Shown here in pieces: positions 57,627-64,000 of a stretch of 64,000 nucleotides of DNA. Position numbers and translations under genes: made by a program. The notes beneath the pieces were generated by a model that ran no database searches, was not told the DNA's origin, and saw only the letters and a program-made list of their open reading frames with translations. Within the stretch, counting starts at the first letter, position 1, and each line of letters begins with the position of its first letter. Source of the stretch: Octopus vulgaris (Eukaryota); assembly GCA_951406725.2 (NCBI GenBank), contig OX597842.1, positions 24,242,001-24,306,000 of the forward strand. The letters run 5' to 3'.

Positions 57627-58674
57627 CACTGTGATATCTGCAGTAAATCTTTCTAAGTCTATTCATAAAGGAGACAATCCATGTCACTGTGATATCTGTA
57701 AATCATTCTCTTGGGAATGTGCTATATATACTCATAAATGTATTCATACAAGAGAGAAGCCCTTTCACTGTAAGAGGTGTGGTAAATCATTGTCTGTGGA
57801 ACAATATTTAGCTAATCTCAAATTCATTCATACAGGAGAGAAAGCATAGCACTGTAATATCTGCAGTAAATCATTCTGTGTAAGAAAATATTTTTATCAC
57901 AAATCCAGTTAGATTGGGGAGATATTGTATCACTGTGATCATCGTCATCATCGTTTAGCGTCCGCTTTCCATGCTAGCATGGGTTGGACGGTTCAACTGG
58001 GGTCTGGGAAGCCAGAAGGCTGCACCAGGCTCCAGTCTGATCTAGCAGTGTTTCTACAGCTGGGTGCCCTTCCTAACGCCAACCACTCCGTGAGTCTAGT
58101 GGGTGCTATTTACATGCCACCGGCAAAGGTGCCAGACAAGGCTGGCAAACGTCCACGTTCAGATGGTTCTCTTATGTGCCACCGGCCTTGGTATCACGGC
58201 TACAAATTCCATTGATGTTGATCGATTATGATTTTGATTTTTGGTTTTGATATCTGTAGTAAATCATTCTCTTAGGATTATGTTGTTTAACTAATTTTAA
58301 ATGCATTCATACAGGAGAGAAGACATATTGCTGTGTTATCTGTGCAAAATCATTCTCTTAATGTAATTTAACTAAACCTGTATTTATTCATATTGATCAA
58401 TAACAATACCAGTGATAAAATGGGGACTGAAATACAGCAATTGTATTACTTTTTTTGAGACAAATAAAGTTTTTACATTTTCTGCATTTGCATCAACTCA
58501 TTAATTATGATGTGTGTGGCTTTCAATCAAACAATTTTAATTACATTAATTTGCTGTTTTCTTGTGGATATATTATTTCGACACCATTGTATCACATTCC
58601 AGTTCCCAATGATGATCAGTTGTTCTCTGCTGGACATGCTTAGGCTATCCCACGATCTGCAGCCTATAATCTAA

Positions 58675-59431
58675 TGAACAATATGTGTCCAAAGCTTGTA
58701 CTGGGTACACTACATGGAGTTTCTCCTGACATCTTTTCTACATGCCTAAAAGGGCCATCTCTGTCTTTGGTCTTTGCTAAATTTACTGTATGGTTTTTCA
58801 ATCCAGATCTTGCTTCCAAACCTGAAATTTGTTCTCTAATTTTGGTAGGGATTCAGCAATAAGAAGGTCATCAGCTTGGAAGAGATCCCAAGGGCAGCCA
58901 ATCTTAAATTCCTCTGTTATTGCTTGCAGGACTATGATAAACAAGAGTGGGGTGAAAAACGATCCTTGGTGGACTCCTATTTTTACACTAAAATTCATGC
59001 TATACTCATTGGTGACATTTACCTTACTGACAGCATCCCTATACATGGCTTTTGCATGTCTCACCTGCTCCAGAGCGTCGGCTGCGGGGTCACTCCAAAA
59101 AGCTCTATCTGTGACAATTTCATCTCAATCGAAGGAGAGGGGCTTTCTCAGTCCGGATTGCGGATCCGTAGAATAAGCTGCCGACGACCGCTCGGTTCAA
59201 AGTCTCTCTTGACCAGAAATAGCCTGAACTCTTTGTATGACCACCCTCCCTGTACATAACTCCATGTCCCCCTACATGGCTTTGCTTTTTGCACCAAAAA
59301 ATTAACTTAACTTAGCTTCTCTATTGCTCACCAAATAATGGAGTAGGGGACTCTGTCAAAAGCTTTCTCCATGTCAACAAAATCCAAATACAAAGATATA
59401 TCTTTGACCAAGTACTTCTGCTTTTGCCTCA
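58675..59431 (-). mobile_element. RTE-type LINE fragment with nested CR1/L2 3' end, no MITE
   Basis: ORF 58798-59064 carries RT motifs; mirror of 10822-12465. Confidence 0.8.
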
Positions 59432-61199
59432 GGTTTGGAAGCAAGATCTGGATTGAAAAACCATACAGTAAATTTAGCAAAGACCAAAGACAGATCCTGT
59501 CAGGGAGATGGCCCTGCTCGGCATGGAGAAAAGGGCATCCAGCTGTAGAAACACTGCCAGATCAGACTGGAGCCTGGTGCAGCCTCCCAGACCCCGGTCA
59601 AACCGTCCAACCCATGCCATCAAGGAAAGCAGACATTAAACGATGATGATGATGCAGAAACGTTAGCAGGCCGGGCGAAATGCTTTGCGGTATTTCGTCT
59701 GTCATTATGTTCTGAGTTCAAATTCCGCCAGGGTCGACTTGCCTTTCATCATTTCGGGGTCGATAAATAAAGTACCAGTTTCCCTTTGCCTGTCCATGTT
59801 TGTTCCCTCTGTTTAGCACTGGGGTCGATGTAATCGACTTAATCCCTTTTTCTGTCCTTGTTTAGCCCCTTGTGGGCAACAAAGAAATGGATGATGATAA
59901 TGATATAATTAACGGAAGATACAAGAATATTTATTGATCACTGCAATTGTTTCAACACATCTTGCTTCGATCCTTTATGAGTGGAATATTGAAGAGTTGC
60001 TTTATGAGTATCCAACAGTGTAGATGTGTCTTTTCAGGTGATTACAAGATATATTTCATTAAAATAACGTCTGTTCTGCAAAAGTTCTTGTTATGTGTTT
60101 GTTTTATAATTTGTTGATATTATTTGATTTACAAAACACAAGGTATTAAATGTTTAGATGGCCGTTTGCCAGCCTCCTCTGGCCCGTTGTGCCGGTGGCA
60201 TGTAAAAAGGACCATCCGATCGTGGACGTTTGCCAGCCCCATCTGGCAACTGTGCCGGTGGCACATAAAAATCACACACAACACTCACGGAGTGGTTGGC
60301 GTTAGGAAGGGCATCCAGCTGTAGAAACACTGCCAGATCAGACTGGGCCTGATGCAGCCTTCTGGCTTCCCAAACCCCAGTTGAACCACCCAACCCATGC
60401 TAGCATGGAAAACGGACACTAAACGATGATGATGCTGTGAATGTAAGACAAAGAGTTGGCACAAAAGAACTACCATTCGAGCCTTATTGATGCCAGTACC
60501 ATCTGGCTGCCCCCCACCTTCCGTGCCAGTCACACTTGAAAAGCACCCACGACACTTGTTGTTGTTAAGCAACAAGACAGGTAAGGGTGATTAGGTGATG
60601 GTCTAGGGCTCATGGGCAGGAGACCCCAGACCTTGGGAAAAAAAAAAACTTTGGTCATCTTGTAGTCGAGAGCTCTTCGTTGACGCCCGACACCACTGAG
60701 AGGTTGGCCTCGAAGTCATTGGAAACGGTGATCTCCAGCTCCAAATCCTTAGACGGCCCCGCTACACTCTCAGAGTGGTTGGCATTAGGAAGGGCATTCA
60801 GTTATAGAAACCAGGCCAGGACAGACTGCAGTCTCATTGCGGCCTCCTGGCTTGCTAATCTTCAGTCAAACCATCCAACCCATGCCAGCATGGAAAGTAG
60901 ATGTTTAACGATGATGATGATGTATAATGATATATATATATAATTATGATAGATTGTTACCCTCGGAGTGGTTGGCGTTAGGAAGGGCATCCAGCTGTAG
61001 AAACTCTGCCAGATCATAATTGGAGCCTGGTGCAGTCATCTGTCTCGCCAGCCCTCTGTCAAAATCGTCCAACCCATGACAGTATGGAAAGTGGATGTTA
61101 AATGATGATGATGAACCATTTACATTTTTACAATAGATATTTATAGGGAAGTTCCATATTGAATAATTCTAACCAATTGCATTGTAAACTACAGCAATT

Positions 61200-61431
61200 T
61201 TAGAACAGGACAACATTGCATGGTTTCAAGGGCCCACAGCTTTTTAATATTCTCCCAAAGAGTCTGAGGAACTTGCACAAAGTAGATGTAGTGATTTTTA
61301 AATCAAAGCTGGACATCTTCCTGTCGAGAGTCCCAGATGAACCCACCTCACGGCAAGAGGTGCAAATGAGAGTAGCTATATCAAACTCCATTCTTCACCA
61401 AGTGCCACATATTAGAGGAAGTTCTTCGTAA
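61200..61431 (+). mobile_element. CR1-group LINE C-terminal fragment
   Basis: LFNILPKSLR..FKSKLDIFLSRVPDEP. Confidence 0.7.
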
Positions 61432-61499
61432 TAACGTTGTAGTAGAAAACGGCGGTGCATCAGCATGGCCGCAGCTCTGAGCTGAAACAAGTAAAAAAA

Positions 61500-62208
61500 A
61501 AAAATTGGTACCAAACAGATAATCAACATTTTTAACGATGAAGACATTGCATGCTTTCACTTGAAATGTGACATATCCCCACATTTCGCCTATGAAATTT
61601 AATTTGTCACCCGTCATGCTACAAAGAAATTTTGCTGTTTTTCTCAACATAGGCGTAAGAGTGGCTGTGTGGTAAGTAGCTTGCTTATGAACCATAAGAT
61701 TCCATGTTCAGTCCCACTATGTGGCACATTGGTCAAATGTCTTTTACTATAGCCTCGGGCTGACCAAAGCCTTGTGAGTGGGTTTGATAGACGGAAACTT
61801 AAAGAAGCCCGTCGTATATATATATATATATATGCGTGTTTCTGTTTGTCCCCCTAGCATTGCTTGACAACCGATGCTGGTGTGTTTATGTCCCCGTCAC
61901 TTAGTGGTTCGGCAAAAGAGACCGATATCATAAGTACTGGGCTTACAAAAGAATAAGTCCTGGGGTCGATTTGCTCGATTAAAGGTGGTGCTCCAGCATG
62001 GCTGCAGTCAAATGACTGAAACATGTAAAAGAGTATAGGCATAGGAGTGGCTGTGTGGTAAGTTTCTTGCTTCTGAACCATAAGGTTCCGGGTTCAGTCC
62101 CACTACGTGGCACCTTGGGCAAGTGTCTTCTACTATAGCTTCGGGCCATCGGAAACCTAGTAAGTGGATTTGGTAGACAAAAACTGAAAGAAGCCCATCA
62201 TATATATG

Positions 62209-62239
<31 letters not shown>

Positions 62240-63850
62240 AAGTTTGTATGTCTATGTTTCTCCCCCCAACATCGCTTGACAATTGAAGCTGGTGCGTTTA
62301 CGTCCCTGTAACTTAGCGGTTCGGCAAAAGTGACTGATAGAATAAGTACTGGGCTTACAAAGAATAAGTCCTGGGGTCTGTTTGCTCGACTAAAGACGGT
62401 GCTCCACCATGGCCACTGTCAAATAACTAAAACATGTAGAAGAGATAGGTTTCCCTATTTTCTTCCATATACAGTCAACTCTCGCTACTTTGCCACCCTG
62501 CGGGACTGAGCCAAAGTGGCATAGTACCGAGGGTCTGTTATCTAAACACTACATAACCAAAAATTTACTGAACATACGAATAAAAATTCATAGGGTAGGA
62601 AGTAAGGCCAATAAGAAGTTCAATGCGATGGTAAAAAGAAGACATCCATGTTTATTAAGTTCAAATTGCTTTTAGTTAATCCTGAAGCTCTCAAAAATTG
62701 TCGGCTGACGCATCTACTTTCGGCGGTTTTCATTCATTTCATTGTCTAGCCTATCATACGCCTGCATGACCCTGGGTTCTCCGCTGCTCTTCTGCTGCAT
62801 AAACTTTCGGATAGTGCTCCATGCTCTCTGGGCATCTGCAAAACTGGCATAGTAGGGAGAGTTGACTGTATCCATATTTATTATTGAAATATCACTTCCA
62901 ATGTCTAACTGAAGTTTAATATGTATTCCAATCATTTTTACGTGTACGAATTTTGTTTCTGTTGAGAGCCCTCTAGGATCTTTAATGGTTGATCTTCAGA
63001 ATTTAGTTCTGCAGTGTGAATTTCTGTATCTTGAGTGTTGTAAGGCCTTGTACCAAAATAAAACACCTGAACATCTCAGGTGTAAATTCTTTGAGTTTCA
63101 AAATATTCACACATTCTGTTAATTGTTCCTGCGTATGTGATAAAATCACCATCCTCTTTTTTCATTATATTCCAACACACCATCCAAGTTTTAGAGAAGT
63201 TTTATCACCGAATATGTTAGACAGTAATTCTATTGTTTCTTTAAAACAAATTTCATTGAGTTTTTTGGGTAATATGAAATTAAAATAATGTTCATACTCA
63301 GATGGGGCTCATTTATGTCATAATAACCTTACTTTTTCTGTGTCTGACCATGTCTTACAATCTTCCTTAAAAATTACCTGCTGTAGTACAATGCAACAGT
63401 TATACCGTCCTCTGGGTTATAACTGGATTTATAGAGTCCAAAATGTCGTCTGGCAAAAATGAACTTCCCTCATTTTTGGACTTCTTTGAATAAAGCCCCA
63501 ATAATTGTTGTTGTTGCTGCCTTTGTCGTTGATTTTGCAACAGTTTTATAGAAGCTAATTAGTCTTCCATGATTTAACAATTTTGTATCACAAAAATTTG
63601 TTAACTGACCTGCAAGAGCTTCGAAACCCTCATCGCCAGATGTTGTAACATAATTGTTCCGTACAATAAATAAGATAACCAGAAAATTGTAACAACAATC
63701 TAATGAACTAACAAATCTTTTACGAACCGGCATTCAATATTCCTTAGGAAGTAAACCAAGCGACACCTTCCGACTTCACTTGACTCTGAACCGCAAACCC
63801 ACTCAGATCGTTACTATTTATACTTTACTCGAACCAGTCTATCTCTCACA
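61500..63850 (-). mobile_element. Ty3/Gypsy relic interrupted by two SINEs and a MITE
   Basis: LQLDIGSDISIIN near 62900; the protease-like continuation ..VDYLFGT lies at 61500-61650. Confidence 0.7.
62472..62868. mobile_element. Tc1/pogo-like MITE
   Basis: TA|CAGTCAACTCTC..GAGAGTTGACTG|TA; the paralogous site near 45070 is empty. Confidence 0.85.
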
Positions 63851-64000
63851 AGGGGACATGGTAACTCTCATCACAACAGGTGCCATTCTAACCAGATGCC
63901 CATCATAAATCCCTGCTCGCTGTCTGGTAAGAACAAGACCATGAAAACCTGCTCTACAGAATGATTTAGCAAAAAATAAGTATCATCCGTTGCAGGGGTT

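Overview
AT-rich eukaryotic DNA, most likely from an octopus or other coleoid cephalopod (inferred from the SINE types and C2H2 gene style; not verified by search). The window is a dense cluster of KRAB-less C2H2 zinc-finger genes. Eight coding exons are present: A1(-), B1(-), C1(+), C2(+), D1(+), D2(+), A2(-) and B2(+). The 3' flank of a ninth A-type copy runs off the right edge. Each gene follows one plan: a conserved promoter/non-coding exon 1 module, a TE-filled intron, a conserved acceptor, and a single coding exon ending in a TAG placed inside the finger array. The cluster was built by two long-range inverted duplications, tandem duplications, finger shuffling and gene chimerism, and many junctions carry readable repair scars. 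Transposable elements include GG-ended MITEs with 8-bp TSDs (several are 650-780 bp palindromes), a Merlin/ISXO2 transposase relic tied to an intronic inversion, CR1/L2- and RTE-type LINE fragments, Ty3/Gypsy relics and three SINE-like families. There is also an unusual ORF1/Gag-only element with an A-ORF-B-A-B repeat layout that has captured 100 bp of the neighbouring ZNF promoter. Coordinates were read by eye and may be off by a few bases.
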